Source: Candidatus Multivoradales bacterium (GTDB lineage: Bacteria > Acidobacteriota > Thermoanaerobaculia > Multivoradales > J023). Taken from it: 64,000 nucleotides of DNA. The notes beneath the pieces are model-generated. The model was not told the DNA's origin and made no database searches. It was given only the letters and a program-made list of their open reading frames with translations. Below, in pieces: positions 1 through 10,208 of this stretch. The translations under genes and the position numbers were made by a program. Position 1 is the stretch's first letter. Every line of letters starts with the position of its first letter. The stretch covers positions 1 through 64,000 of the forward strand of contig CBDFLE010000006.1 of NCBI GenBank assembly GCA_965248925.1, read 5' to 3'.

Positions 1-778
1 GGTCCTCGATGTGTTGCACTCGGAGCGCTTCGTCGACCGCTCGCCGCGTCAAGTCTGGGCGGCGCTGCTGGACGAGGACCAGCGCCATATCTGCTCGGTG
101 CGCACCATGTACCGGGTCCTGGAGTCTGAGGGCGAGCTGCGCGAGCGACGCCGTCAGCGGCGTCATCCCAACTACACCAAGCCCGAACTGCTGGCCACAG
201 GGCCGAACGAGGTGTGGTCGTGGGACATCACCAAGCTCAAGGGCCCGGTGAAGTGGACCTACTACTACCTTTACGTAATTCTGGACGTCTTCAGCCGCTA
301 CATCGTCGGCTGGATGCTCGCCTCCCGCGAGTCCGGAGGACTCGCGAAGCGGTTGATCGCCGACAGTGTTGAGAAGCAAGGTGTTGAGCGAGATCGACTT
401 ACCTTGCACTCGGACCGCGGTTCGAGCATGACATCCAAGCCAGTGGCTCTACTGCTGGCCGATCTCGGGATGACACGGTCGCTGAACCGGCCCTACACGA
501 GCAACGACAATCCGTTCTCTGAGGCCCAGTTCAAGACGCTCAAGTACCATCCGAGCTTTCCCGACCGCTTCGGATCACTGGAAGATGCACGAGCGTTCTG
601 CCGCTCGTTCATCGGCTGGTACAACACGCAGCACTACCACACAGGACTCGGTTTGTTGACGCCAGAGACCGTCCACTACGGCCTCACGGCCTCAGTGCTG
701 GAGCAACGTCCCTCTGTGCCAATGTAAGTGAGACACTCCCGTACCGATAAATTAGTGAGGGCGTGGAGAGCAAACACC

Positions 779-1192
779 ATGGCGAGTCCAAGCCACGAGC
801 TGCGAGATATGAGTGCTGACCGACCAGATCCCGAGGTAACTGAGAAGGCGAAGCGGCGGCGGTACAGCGCGTCGTACAAGCTGAGCATCGTCCAGGCCGC
901 CGACGCGTGTAGCAAGCCCGGCGAGATTGGCGCCCTGCTTCGCCGGGAGGGTCTGTATTCATCTCTACTATCGAATTGGCGCCAACAACGCGATGCCAGT
1001 GCTCTGGCCGGTTTGTCGAAGAAGCGCGGTCGTAAGCGTCGGTCGGTCTCTGCTGAGGCCCGCCGCGTCGCGGAGCTTGAGCGTGAGATTGCCCGGCTCA
1101 AGCATCAGCTGTACAAAGCCGAGACGATCATCGATGTCCAAAAAAAACTTTCCCGACTGCTAGGGATCGAGCCGAGCGAGAGCCAGTCATGA
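779..1192 (+). CDS. IS3 OrfA (HTH protein)
   Basis: RRRYSASYKLSIV...LRREGLYSS HTH, coiled coil, IIDVQKKLS ending. Confidence 0.9.
   Translation: MASPSHELRDMSADRPDPEVTEKAKRRRYSASYKLSIVQAADACSKPGEIGALLRREGLYSSLLSNWRQQRDASALAGLSKKRGRKRRSVSAEARRVAELEREIARLKHQLYKAETIIDVQKKLSRLLGIEPSESQS
1140..1148 (+). promoter_or_regulatory. Putative -1 programmed frameshift site (A8C) for OrfAB fusion
   Basis: AAAAAAAAC at the orfA 3' end, orfB in the -1 frame; standard IS3 arrangement. Confidence 0.7.
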
Positions 1193-2310
1193 GCGCTGTG
1201 GCGCCGCTGGCATTGACGGTGGGGGTGCAAGCAGCCTGCGTCGCCTTGGCGGTCCCCAGAGCCACTTTCTATCGCCGCCGTCGGCAGCAGAGCGCAGGGC
1301 CGAGACTATTGACGCGGCGTCGACCGCCGCTGGCATTGACGCCCGCTGAACGCCAGGAGGTCCTCGATGTGTTGCACTCGGAGCGCTTCGTCGACCGCTC
1401 GCCGCGTCAAGTCTGGGCGGCGCTGCTGGACGAGGACCAGCGCCATATCTGCTCGGTGCGCACCATGTACCGGGTCCTGGAGTCTGAGGGCGAGCTGCGC
1501 GAGCGACGCCGTCAGCGGCGTCATCCCAACTACACCAAGCCCGAACTGCTGGCCACAGGGCCGAACGAGGTGTGGTCGTGGGACATCACCAAGCTCAAGG
1601 GCCCGGTGAAGTGGACCTACTACTACCTTTACGTAATTCTGGACGTCTTCAGCCGCTACATCGTCGGCTGGATGCTCGCCTCCCGCGAGTCCGGAGGACT
1701 CGCGAAGCGGTTGATCGCCGACAGTGTTGAGAAGCAAGGTGTTGAGCGAGATCGACTTACCTTGCACTCGGACCGCGGTTCGAGCATGACATCCAAGCCA
1801 GTGGCTCTACTGCTGGCCGATCTCGGGATGACACGGTCGCTGAACCGGCCCTACACGAGCAACGACAATCCGTTCTCTGAGGCCCAGTTCAAGACGCTCA
1901 AGTACCATCCGAGCTTTCCCGACCGCTTCGGATCACTGGAAGATGCACGAGCGTTCTGCCGCTCGTTCATCGGCTGGTACAACACGCAGCACTACCACAC
2001 AGGACTCGGTTTGTTGACGCCAGAGACCGTCCACTACGGCCTCACGGCCTCAGTGCTGGAGCAACGTCGAGAAGTCCTCGCCGCCGCCTCAGCCGCTCAT
2101 CCGAGCCGCTTCAAGCGGCGAACGCCGGCTTTGCCGGAGCCCAGTGGCGAGGTCTGGATCAACCCGCCGATCACCACCACCAGCACTGACCCAGCCGATA
2201 CCGAGAACGAGGTGACACACCGCGTAGACGACGACGCACCAGGCGAGACACCTGCCTGCGCGCCCTCGTTGAAAGCGATGGTGCCGGAGCCACTACCGAT
2301 TCCGTACTAA
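1189..2310 (+). CDS. IS3 OrfB transposase (integrase core)
   Basis: PNEVWSWDITKL, LDVFSRY, HSDRGS, NDNPFSEAQFKTLKY motifs. Confidence 0.95.
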   Translation: MSAVAPLALTVGVQAACVALAVPRATFYRRRRQQSAGPRLLTRRRPPLALTPAERQEVLDVLHSERFVDRSPRQVWAALLDEDQRHICSVRTMYRVLESEGELRERRRQRRHPNYTKPELLATGPNEVWSWDITKLKGPVKWTYYYLYVILDVFSRYIVGWMLASRESGGLAKRLIADSVEKQGVERDRLTLHSDRGSSMTSKPVALLLADLGMTRSLNRPYTSNDNPFSEAQFKTLKYHPSFPDRFGSLEDARAFCRSFIGWYNTQHYHTGLGLLTPETVHYGLTASVLEQRREVLAAASAAHPSRFKRRTPALPEPSGEVWINPPITTTSTDPADTENEVTHRVDDDAPGETPACAPSLKAMVPEPLPIPY

Positions 2311-2636
2311 TTCCCAGAAGAAAGTGTCTCATTCTCATTGACACATTCCGCGTCGAGAAGTCCTCGCCGCCGCCTCAGCCGCTCATCCGAGCCGCTTCAA
2401 GCGGCGAACGCCGGCTTTGCCGGAGCCCAGTGGCGAGGTCTGGATCAACCCGCCGATCACCACCACCAGCACTGACCCAGCCGATACCGAGAACGAGGTG
2501 ACACACCGCGTAGACGACGACGCACCAGGCGAGACACCTGCCTGCGCGCCCTCGTTGAAAGCGATGGTGCCGGAGCCACTACCGATTCCGTACTAATTCC
2601 CAGAAGAAAGTGTCTCATTCTCATTGACACATTCCG

Positions 2637-4170
2637 CTGCAGCAGGGACCGGAGCTAGCCAGTCTCCCAGCAGTTTGCGACGTCGCCAGATCAACACCAA
2701 AGTTGGGGAACGCGGCTTCTTCCAGTTGCCAGGAGTGGCTCCGGGTGGCTACGAGATTGTTGCCCAACAAGATGGCTACGCACAAATGCCACCGGTAGAT
2801 ATCACAGTGATCGAAGACCGCGAGTCAGTTCTGCTATCGCCCCTTGTGCTGCGTAAGCCGGTCAACTTGAGAGTCGTGGCCGAACCGCCGACAGATCCGT
2901 GGGACAGGACTTGGAGGGCGACGCTGCAAGCTCAAGACTCAGACTCCTACCACAAGGGAGAGTTCACGCAAGAGGGGCGGTGGCAAGCTGAAGATTTGCC
3001 CGCTGGCACCTACAACAAGTTGGTGATCGAGAATTACCGCAGAGACCGGCTCCAGGCTCTCGATATCGAGGTTCATCCCGGCATGCTTGACCTATTAGTG
3101 CCGATTCCGCTGCTCCGAATTCGCGGCACGATCAAGCTAGGGAACGAGCGAGTGGGCGGACACTTGTGGCTGACTCACGGGACACAGAGAATTCATTTTC
3201 CGGTCGATCAGGAAAAGGGCTTTGACGCTTATCTACCAATCGTCCAGCCACCGAGCTGGTACCCGGAAGTGCGACTCAAGGGTAGCGACGGGTCGAGCTT
3301 GGAACTCCCATCGGTCAAGGTGGAGCCGGCGCCGGGTCTCGATCACGCCCATCTCGGGCTCGTGCTACCCGACACCGAGATTCGCGGCCGGGTTGTCGAT
3401 GCCGATAACCAGCCAGTGGACCGGGCAATGACAACGGCGGTCCTGTCGGGCTCGTTGGGTGCGGAACAGAGAGCGAGTTCCCAATCGGACGGCAGATTTA
3501 GTCTGCGTGGAGTCGCTGCTAAATTGGTCACTGTTTCAGCGGAGAAGGACTCAGCCAGCAGCGATAGTGTTGTGGTAGATCTAAGTCAGGGGGAATTACC
3601 CACCGAGCTGCTGTTGGTGTTGAAGCGAGCATTTACCGTCACCGGTCAGGTCCTGGCCCCAGGAGGGCATCCACAACCTGGAGTTCGGGTAGTGCTGCTG
3701 GCGATCACACCACCAGGGTCGGGGCCGCGAATGTTCTCGAACCCAAGTTCGAAGACGGATCTCGCCGGAGTCTTTAGGAACCGTCTGCCTGAGGACATCG
3801 AAGAAGTCAATTTGGCTGTGTTTTCGCCAGGCTTCGCGGTGCGTTTGCGACAAGTGCGGGTGAGTGCTGAGCATCCTCTGGTGATTCAGCTCGATCAGTC
3901 GGGGGACTGCTGGAGCTACTCTTCGCGGAAGACCAAGAAGCAGTTCTACAACAAGCGCGCGGACTGCTACGCCGCGAGTCTGCCGAGTTTCCCATGGCGG
4001 TCTTGGGCAAGTGGGCCACATCCCACGAGTCTTGGTCTCTGGAACGCATGGTGCTACCGATGATGGAGCCGGGGCTATACCAGATCTGCGAACCAAAGCC
4101 GCGCGATGGGAGCACACCTCGCTGTGCTGACGGCTTCCTGGCACCCGGCGGGAATCTCAGTTTGAGCTAG
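2637..4170 (+). pseudogene. Carboxypeptidase-regulatory-like (transthyretin-fold repeat) protein, 5'-truncated by IS3, frameshift in G-run 3901-3905
   Basis: Repeats such as IRGRVVDADNQPV, GRFSLRGV, VTGQVLAPGGHPQPGV; adding one G restores ...CADGFLAPGGNLSLS* ending 4170. Confidence 0.75.
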
Positions 4171-4243
4171 CGCTGAGTTGACACCGCCGGCTGTTCTGCT
4201 CGCCTGAGGGAATTCCGCCTGGGGGCGCCTGCCAGAAGTGCCC

Positions 4244-4277
4244 GGCACCTGACGATCGGCACCTGACGATCGCACCT
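4244..4277. repeat. 14-bp tandem duplication GGCACCTGACGATC x2
   Basis: Directly visible. Confidence 0.85.
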
Positions 4278-4354
4278 ACGCCTTGCCGCTGTGGCTGCTG
4301 GCGTAGAGCTTCCGCCAGCTCGCAGAGAAGCTGCGTAGCCAAGCTCGGCAGGGT

Positions 4355-6288
4355 TTAGCCATCGTCGGTCGCCCGGCCGAGGTCATGGCGCAGCGACTCG
4401 ACATCCCAGCCGGCATCGCGTTCGCTTCCTGGGTCGCGGTGCTCGGCTTGCAGGATGTCTTCGAGCATGGGGATGCGCTGGCGGGCACGGCTCATGTAGC
4501 CCTTGTGGTCGTGGCGCAGGGCGGCCAGCTCGACCAGCGCATCTTCGTCCTGACGGCGAAAGTTGCGAGCCGAGGGCAGCGCCTGATGAGCGCGATAGCC
4601 GAGCAGGCACAGCGCGTCGACACCTAGCCGCAAGGCGGAATCCAGGGTCTCGCGATAGATGTGCTCGACGCCAGCGTCGAGCAGCTGGTAAGCATCCGGG
4701 CGATCACTAGCGGACCAGCAGCTTCAGGTGCGGAAAATGCTTTCCGGCCAGCTCGACCAAGAGCTGATTCTTGGCCGGATCGTCGAGCGCGATCACTAAC
4801 AAGCGAGCCTCGTCGGCACCGGCAGCATGCAGCAGTTCGAGCCGCGTGGCATCGCCGTAGAACACCTTGAGACCGAGCCGGCGAAGCACCTCGACGCGAT
4901 CCGAATCCACCTCCAACACCGTCGTATCGACCCCGTTGGCGCTCAGCAGTCGGCCCACCACATTGCCGAAGCGACCGAAACCGGCGATGATCACCGGGTT
5001 CTCCTCGCCGATCACATCGGCAGCACGCACCGCGCTCTGGCGAGTACCCACTCGCGGCAGCAACACCTTCTCGGCCAGCACTAGCAACAGAGGTGTAAAA
5101 GCCATCGACATCGCCACAGCGGCGACCAGCGGCGACCAGCGGCGCCGAGACTTCGGCCCCGAAGACGCCATTCTGGGCGGCGAACGAGAACAGCACAAAA
5201 GCGAATTCACCGCCCTGGGCCAAGGCAAAGGCGGATAGTAAGCATTGGTCGACGCCCATCCGAAAGACTTTCGCCAGCAGCAGCAGAACAACCAGCTTGA
5301 GGAGCACCAGGCCAACCACCAGCGCGGCGATCTCGCCCGGGTTGCCAGCTATCAATCGGAAGTCGACCGAAGCACCGATGGCGATGAAGAACAGCCCCAG
5401 GAGCAATCCCTTGAAAGGCTCGAGATCGCCCTCAAGCTCGTGCCGATATTCGCTGTTGGCCAGCACTACCCCGGCCAGGAAAGTGCCAAGTGCCGGCGAC
5501 AGGCCCACCTTGGTCATCAGCAGGGCGATACCGATAACCAGCAGCAGCGCCGCGGCGGTGAACAGCTCGCGAAGACCGGTACGAGCGATAGCTCGGAACA
5601 GCGGTCGGGTCAGGAACCGTCCGATCACCACCAGACCGACGACCGCCACCAGCACTGCCAAAGTCTGCCCCCAGGCGGGCAAACCCGCAACCCAATCGGT
5701 AGCGTGCTCCGCGGCACCGGAGTCCACCGCCTGGCCATGGCTCGCACTGCCGTGACTAGCACGGTCGGGGCTCGCCAAGAGTGGCATCAGTGCCAACATG
5801 GGAATCACCGCGATGTCCTGGAACAGCAGCACGGCAAAGGAGTTCTGGCCCGCATCGGTCTTCATCAGCCCCTTCTCGGCCAGAGTCTGCAACACCATGG
5901 CAGTCGAGGACAGGGCGAGGATCATGCCCACCGCCAAGCTGATGCGCCAGGGTTGCCCAAGAGCCATCGCCAGCGCTCCTATCGCCAGCGTGGTAATGGC
6001 GACCTGGGAGCCGCCAAGGCCGAGGATCGGCCCGCGCATCCGCCACAATCGAGCCGGCTGCAGCTCCAAGCCGATCAGGAACAGCATCATCACCACGCCG
6101 AACTCGGCAAAGTGCATGACGTCCTGCCCTTCGTCACCGATCAGCCGCCAGCCGAAAGGACCGATGACCGCCCCGGCGATCAAGTAACCGAGCACCGAGC
6201 CCAGGCCGAGCCGCTTGGCCAGCGGCACCGACACCACCGCCGCCGCCAGGTAGACGAATGCTTGGAAGAGCAGCCCTTCACTGTGCAT
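4355..6288 (-). pseudogene. kefC: KefB/KefC-type CPA2 K+ efflux antiporter with TrkA-N domain, multiply frameshifted
   Basis: [51 protein letters not shown]; IIAGFGRFG and FYGDATR continue in other frames; 10-bp duplication at 5121-5140. Confidence 0.85.
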
Positions 6289-6943
6289 GGCGGATTCCCC
6301 GGTCTCGCAAAACGGCGCCAAGGTCGGTATTGATTCGAGGTTGTCGGTGAGCAGCTGCGAAGTCCACCGTGCCAACGCGCAGCGCCTCGACCAGTTGCCG
6401 ATAGTCGGCGGTATGTTGCTCGACCGCCCGAGCGCTCATCTGGTGGGTGCCGTGAACAACGAACGGCGGCAGATACTCCATCTTGCAAAGCACCGCGGTC
6501 TGCTCGATCGGCGCCAGCAGCTGGCGGAGGGTAAAGCGGTTCATGCCGTCTTCGTGATAGGCCGATTCCCGGGCGCCGGTGGTGATCACCTGCAGCAGCT
6601 TCTTGCCGACCAGAGCCTTGCCCGACAAGCCGTAGGCCCAGCCGTGCTCGAGCACCAGATCCTGCCACTCCTTGACCAAGCTCGGCGTCGAGTACCAGAA
6701 GAGCGGATGCTGGAGAATCAGGATGTCGTGCGCCTCTACCAGCTGCTGCTCCCGCTCGACATCGATGCCGAAGTCCGGGTAGGCCTCGTAGAGATCGTGA
6801 AAGGTTACTCCGGGAAGGTCCTTGACGGCAGTGATCAATAGCCGATTGGCACGCGACTCCTCGAGCGCCGGGTGGGCGAACAAGACCAGGATGCGCTGGG
6901 CGAAAGAGCGGTCTTGCACCAGCATCGAAGATTGGTTTCCCAT
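6278..6943 (-). CDS. KefF/KefG-like NAD(P)H oxidoreductase (flavodoxin-like)
   Basis: [34 protein letters not shown]; overlaps the kefC start. Confidence 0.92.
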   Translation of the reverse strand: MGNQSSMLVQDRSFAQRILVLFAHPALEESRANRLLITAVKDLPGVTFHDLYEAYPDFGIDVEREQQLVEAHDILILQHPLFWYSTPSLVKEWQDLVLEHGWAYGLSGKALVGKKLLQVITTGARESAYHEDGMNRFTLRQLLAPIEQTAVLCKMEYLPPFVVHGTHQMSARAVEQHTADYRQLVEALRVGTVDFAAAHRQPRINTDLGAVLRDRGIRHAQ

Positions 6944-7020
6944 GATCGGCCGATTCTAAGGCGTTGGCCGCTGTGACACCAAGTCGGCTAACGCCGGCAA
7001 GATGTAGTGCGGAGCAGCTG

Positions 7021-9321
7021 CTAAGAAACGATCTTCAACGGCCGCTCTGCCGCGGTCGCTGGTGAGCTCTGATAGGACAGGGTGTCCATCGGGCAGACCG
7101 TGACGCAGATGCCGCAACCAATGCAGGACGAGGTCTCATTGTCCAGCGTCTGCTGCTTGAGGGCGTAGCTCATCACGTCGATACCGACCTGGCAATTGCG
7201 CGAGCACTCGTTGCAGGCGATGCATTTGTCGTTGGCGACAATGTGAAAACGCGAGATGCCGAGCTTGGCGTAGATCTTCGAGGTGACCTCCATCATCTTG
7301 GCCAACGGACACCAGAATCGGCACCACACCTTGCCGCCCATGAATGGGTAGACGGTCACCGGCAGGATGCCGACCATCCAGACATCGACCAGGATGCGAT
7401 AGGTCCACACACTGCGATCAGCGGCGGTGTACCAGCCGTAGGAGTCTTTGACCAACATCAGTACGGTGGCGAAGGTGGCGAAGAGCAGCACCGCCAGCCC
7501 CATGCGCTCCCATTTCAAGGCCCGCAGGCCCTTTGGCGCCAGGTGCCGCCAGCGATCGCCGAAGGTCTCCGCCAGCCCGCCGCAACCGCAGATCCACGAG
7601 CAGTAGCGCTTGCCGTGAAAGAGCACGAAGATCGGCATGACCAGGAAGGTCAGCAATACCCCCCAGACCACCCAGATCTGGTGCGGATCGTAGAGCCAGG
7701 TGTAGAAGAACAGCGGCCATGCATAGACCACGCCGTAGGTGCGCCAGGCTTGATCGGCGAATTGAGGATCGCTGGCCAGACGTTCACCGACCCACTGATA
7801 CTTGACCGCCCATTGGAAGAGGAACTCCGGGAGAATGAAGAAGAACACCCACTGGAAGGCCAGCAGGCTGGTGAAGCGCCAGATCTGAAAGCGGTCCCGA
7901 CGGTCAAGGCCCCAGCGTTTGAGCGCCTGCAAGCCGAAACCGGTCATCAGCCCGGTGTAGAGCACCGTGTACCAGAAAGCCCAGGAACGATCGAAGAAGG
8001 ACAGCGAGCCGTAGCCCCAACCGCGATAGGGCCAGAATTCCGCACCGCCGCCGACCTTGATGCCGTAGATCGAGTACCAGACAAAGAACGACAGCCCCAG
8101 CCACGACCAGCGATCACCGCGCAGCCCACTGGCCACCAGGCCGAGCAGCGCCAGCACCGCCACCAGCCCACCGGCCAGAGGCCCCTGCTCACCGAGGCCA
8201 CCGAGCAGCTCCGGCGGCGGACCACCGAGGGCCGGGCCGAGAAACCAGCAGCCGACAAAGCCCAGCGCAGTGAGCAGTGCCGAGCGCAGCAGGCTGCCGC
8301 TCCACTCGTTCTCCAGCCGCACCCCCAGGCTGTTGAGAAAAGCCACCGGCAGTTCGGCACCGATCAGCACAAAGGCATGGTCGATGGCCAGATTGCGACG
8401 CTCCTGGTGGCCGCCGCGGTCGATCTCGATTTCTGCCTGGCGCTGGCTAAACTGCCGCACTCGGGAGTTGAACAACACCTCGACTTTGCCGGCGGCGATC
8501 GCCTCATCGAGCAGTCGGCGGTTGTCTTTGAACAGGCGACTGAACTCGCCGCGGCGATAGCTCAACACCACCCGATTGCGTTCCGCCAAGGTCAACGCAG
8601 CCTCGACGGCGCTGTTGCCACCCCCCACCACCAAGATGTCTTCGTCGCCATAGCGGGTCGGTGAGTAGAGTTGGTGATAGACCTGTTCGAGGTCTTCGCC
8701 CGGCACCCCCAGGCGCCGCGGGTTGCCCCGCTGACCGGTGGCCAGGATCACTTTCTTGGCGCGGAAAACATCCTGGGTCGTGGTCGCCAGAAAGGTGCCG
8801 TCCGCCTGTCGGTCGAGTCTGGTGAGCGGCTCTTCGGTGCGCACGTCGAGTCGGTGGTCGTCGACAATCTGGTGCCAGCGCCGCACCAGGTCTTCCTTCT
8901 GGGCGCCATCGAGCCACAGCTTGCCTTGGGCCGGATGGGAATCTGGCTCGGCGTAGATCCACTTGCCCTCGGGGAAATTCTCGATCGTGTTGGCGAGCCG
9001 TTCCTTCTCCAAGACGACAGTTTGCCAGCCCCGCTCCTGGGCCGCCAAAGCCGCGTTGAGCCCCGCCGCCCCGGCGCCCACCACCAACACATCGAGTAGC
9101 TCTCCAGCTGCCGGTGTCGACATTTCGGGACGGCCGGCGAGGTGCTCGATCACTTCCACGCCCTGGGCCATGGCGAGCTTGATCACCGGCGCCCCGGCCA
9201 GATCGCCAATGATGTGCAGTCCCTTGACGCTGGACTCGAAACCCTTGCCAACCACCGGTCGGCGGTGGTCCCGACTACCGCTGGTCAGAACCCCCTCTAG
9301 CTGGCGACGAAGACTGAACAC
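7021..9321 (-). CDS. FAD/NAD(P)-binding (thioredoxin-reductase-like) protein fused to a multi-TM NapH-like polyferredoxin
   Basis: VVGAGAAG, LATGQRG, VVGGGNSA; CSWICGCG, WCRFWCP, CIACNECSRNC, CIGCGICVTVCP; GTG start with AGAAGGAG RBS. Confidence 0.85.
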   Translation of the reverse strand: MFSLRRQLEGVLTSGSRDHRRPVVGKGFESSVKGLHIIGDLAGAPVIKLAMAQGVEVIEHLAGRPEMSTPAAGELLDVLVVGAGAAGLNAALAAQERGWQTVVLEKERLANTIENFPEGKWIYAEPDSHPAQGKLWLDGAQKEDLVRRWHQIVDDHRLDVRTEEPLTRLDRQADGTFLATTTQDVFRAKKVILATGQRGNPRRLGVPGEDLEQVYHQLYSPTRYGDEDILVVGGGNSAVEAALTLAERNRVVLSYRRGEFSRLFKDNRRLLDEAIAAGKVEVLFNSRVRQFSQRQAEIEIDRGGHQERRNLAIDHAFVLIGAELPVAFLNSLGVRLENEWSGSLLRSALLTALGFVGCWFLGPALGGPPPELLGGLGEQGPLAGGLVAVLALLGLVASGLRGDRWSWLGLSFFVWYSIYGIKVGGGAEFWPYRGWGYGSLSFFDRSWAFWYTVLYTGLMTGFGLQALKRWGLDRRDRFQIWRFTSLLAFQWVFFFILPEFLFQWAVKYQWVGERLASDPQFADQAWRTYGVVYAWPLFFYTWLYDPHQIWVVWGVLLTFLVMPIFVLFHGKRYCSWICGCGGLAETFGDRWRHLAPKGLRALKWERMGLAVLLFATFATVLMLVKDSYGWYTAADRSVWTYRILVDVWMVGILPVTVYPFMGGKVWCRFWCPLAKMMEVTSKIYAKLGISRFHIVANDKCIACNECSRNCQVGIDVMSYALKQQTLDNETSSCIGCGICVTVCPMDTLSYQSSPATAAERPLKIVS

Positions 9322-9355
9322 GCTGCTCCTTCTGTCGATGAATTGCTGATCTGGA

Positions 9356-9982
9356 TCAAATTTCCGCCAACTCCGACCTGCCGGCCGCTGCGAGGGCACC
9401 GCCGCAGCGGCTACAGGCAGCCGCCGTTGGATGATTGGTAGCTCGGCAGTGGGGGCAGGGTCGAGGTTGGGGGGTCAGCTGCAACTTGGCCAGCCCGACC
9501 GGTACCGCGGCCGACCCGCGCGGGACGAAGAAGATCACTACCAAGGCCGCCACGCTACCCGCCAAGCCAGCAAAAAACCACGGCAGGGGCGCCAAACCAC
9601 GGCCGATGGCCAAGTAGCCGCAAAGCGCCGCCGACACCAAGGCCAACACCACCCAAAGCCCGAACAGCGCCCAGCCGCGATCAATCTGGCCACCCCTGCG
9701 GGTGTCTTCGTCAAACAGGCCGGAGTGCGCCTCGAGCTTTTCGAAGTAGGTTTCCGGCGCTTGATCGAAGGTCTCGAGCATGCCGGCAGCAACGTGGAAG
9801 GTGCGGCCCTTATAGCGAATCTGCACGATTTCATCACCCTGGATCGGCTGAGCACAAACCAAGCACTGCTCACCAACGCCGACACGACGGTCGAGTTCGG
9901 TCCAAGTGGCATCACCTGCATCAGCCAACGCGCCAACGACCCCGCTCAAGACGCTGAGCAATAGCAGCAGGCTCACGGTCAT
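9356..9982 (-). CDS. Membrane protein: signal peptide, YHS-like domain, 2 TM, zinc ribbon
   Basis: CLVC...YKGRTFH...FDQAPETY; CPHC-x10-CSRC. Confidence 0.65.
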   Translation of the reverse strand: MTVSLLLLLSVLSGVVGALADAGDATWTELDRRVGVGEQCLVCAQPIQGDEIVQIRYKGRTFHVAAGMLETFDQAPETYFEKLEAHSGLFDEDTRRGGQIDRGWALFGLWVVLALVSAALCGYLAIGRGLAPLPWFFAGLAGSVAALVVIFFVPRGSAAVPVGLAKLQLTPQPRPCPHCRATNHPTAAACSRCGGALAAAGRSELAEI

Positions 9983-10208
9983 CTTGCCGCGGCAGAGGCA
10001 GGGAATGCTGGGCTGACGATCGAGATTCGGCATGATTTTCTTACCACTTCACAGCAAACGGAGCCGAGTCCGTCGCCGGAACTCGGGAACCTTGACCAAC
10101 GATCCGACGTCTTCGTCTGTAGAGAGCGTAACAATTTGCGGCGCCGCCGGGTATTCAATCTGCGAAGGACCCGACCAAAGAACCGACTCAGTGAGACCCG
10201 AGACAACG

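Larger units (their letters stand above)
711..2350 (+). mobile_element. IS3-family element, complete inner copy (1640 bp)
   Basis: Flanked by CGTC duplication (707-710, 2351-2354); imperfect IRs TGTGCCAATGTAAGTGAGACACT / AGTGTCTCATTCTCATTGACACA; orfA+orfB. Confidence 0.93.
1..2596 (+). pseudogene. IS3 OrfB transposase of the outer copy, split (1-710 and 2355-2596)
   Basis: DDE core WSWDIT...HSDRGS...NDNPFSE breaks at VLEQR and resumes after the insert; TAA at 2594-2596. Confidence 0.9.
1..2636 (+). mobile_element. IS3-family element, outer copy (left end outside window), interrupted by an identical copy at 711-2350
   Basis: 1-710 matches the orfB of the inner copy; after the insert 2355-2636 resumes and ends in the same terminus GTGTCTCATTCTCATTGACACATTCCG. 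Confidence 0.92.

Noticed and set aside
1-2636. IS3 duplication as an assembly artefact
   Set aside because: A clean 4-bp TSD and exact resumption of the outer copy indicate real transposition
2624-2636. ORF start at 2624
   Set aside because: Lies inside the IS3 end; the true 5' part of the gene is displaced
7243-8664. Long antisense ORFs (also 5245-6333, 31583-32563, 58293-59177, 59640-60599)
   Set aside because: Shadows of well-supported opposite-strand genes in GC-rich DNA
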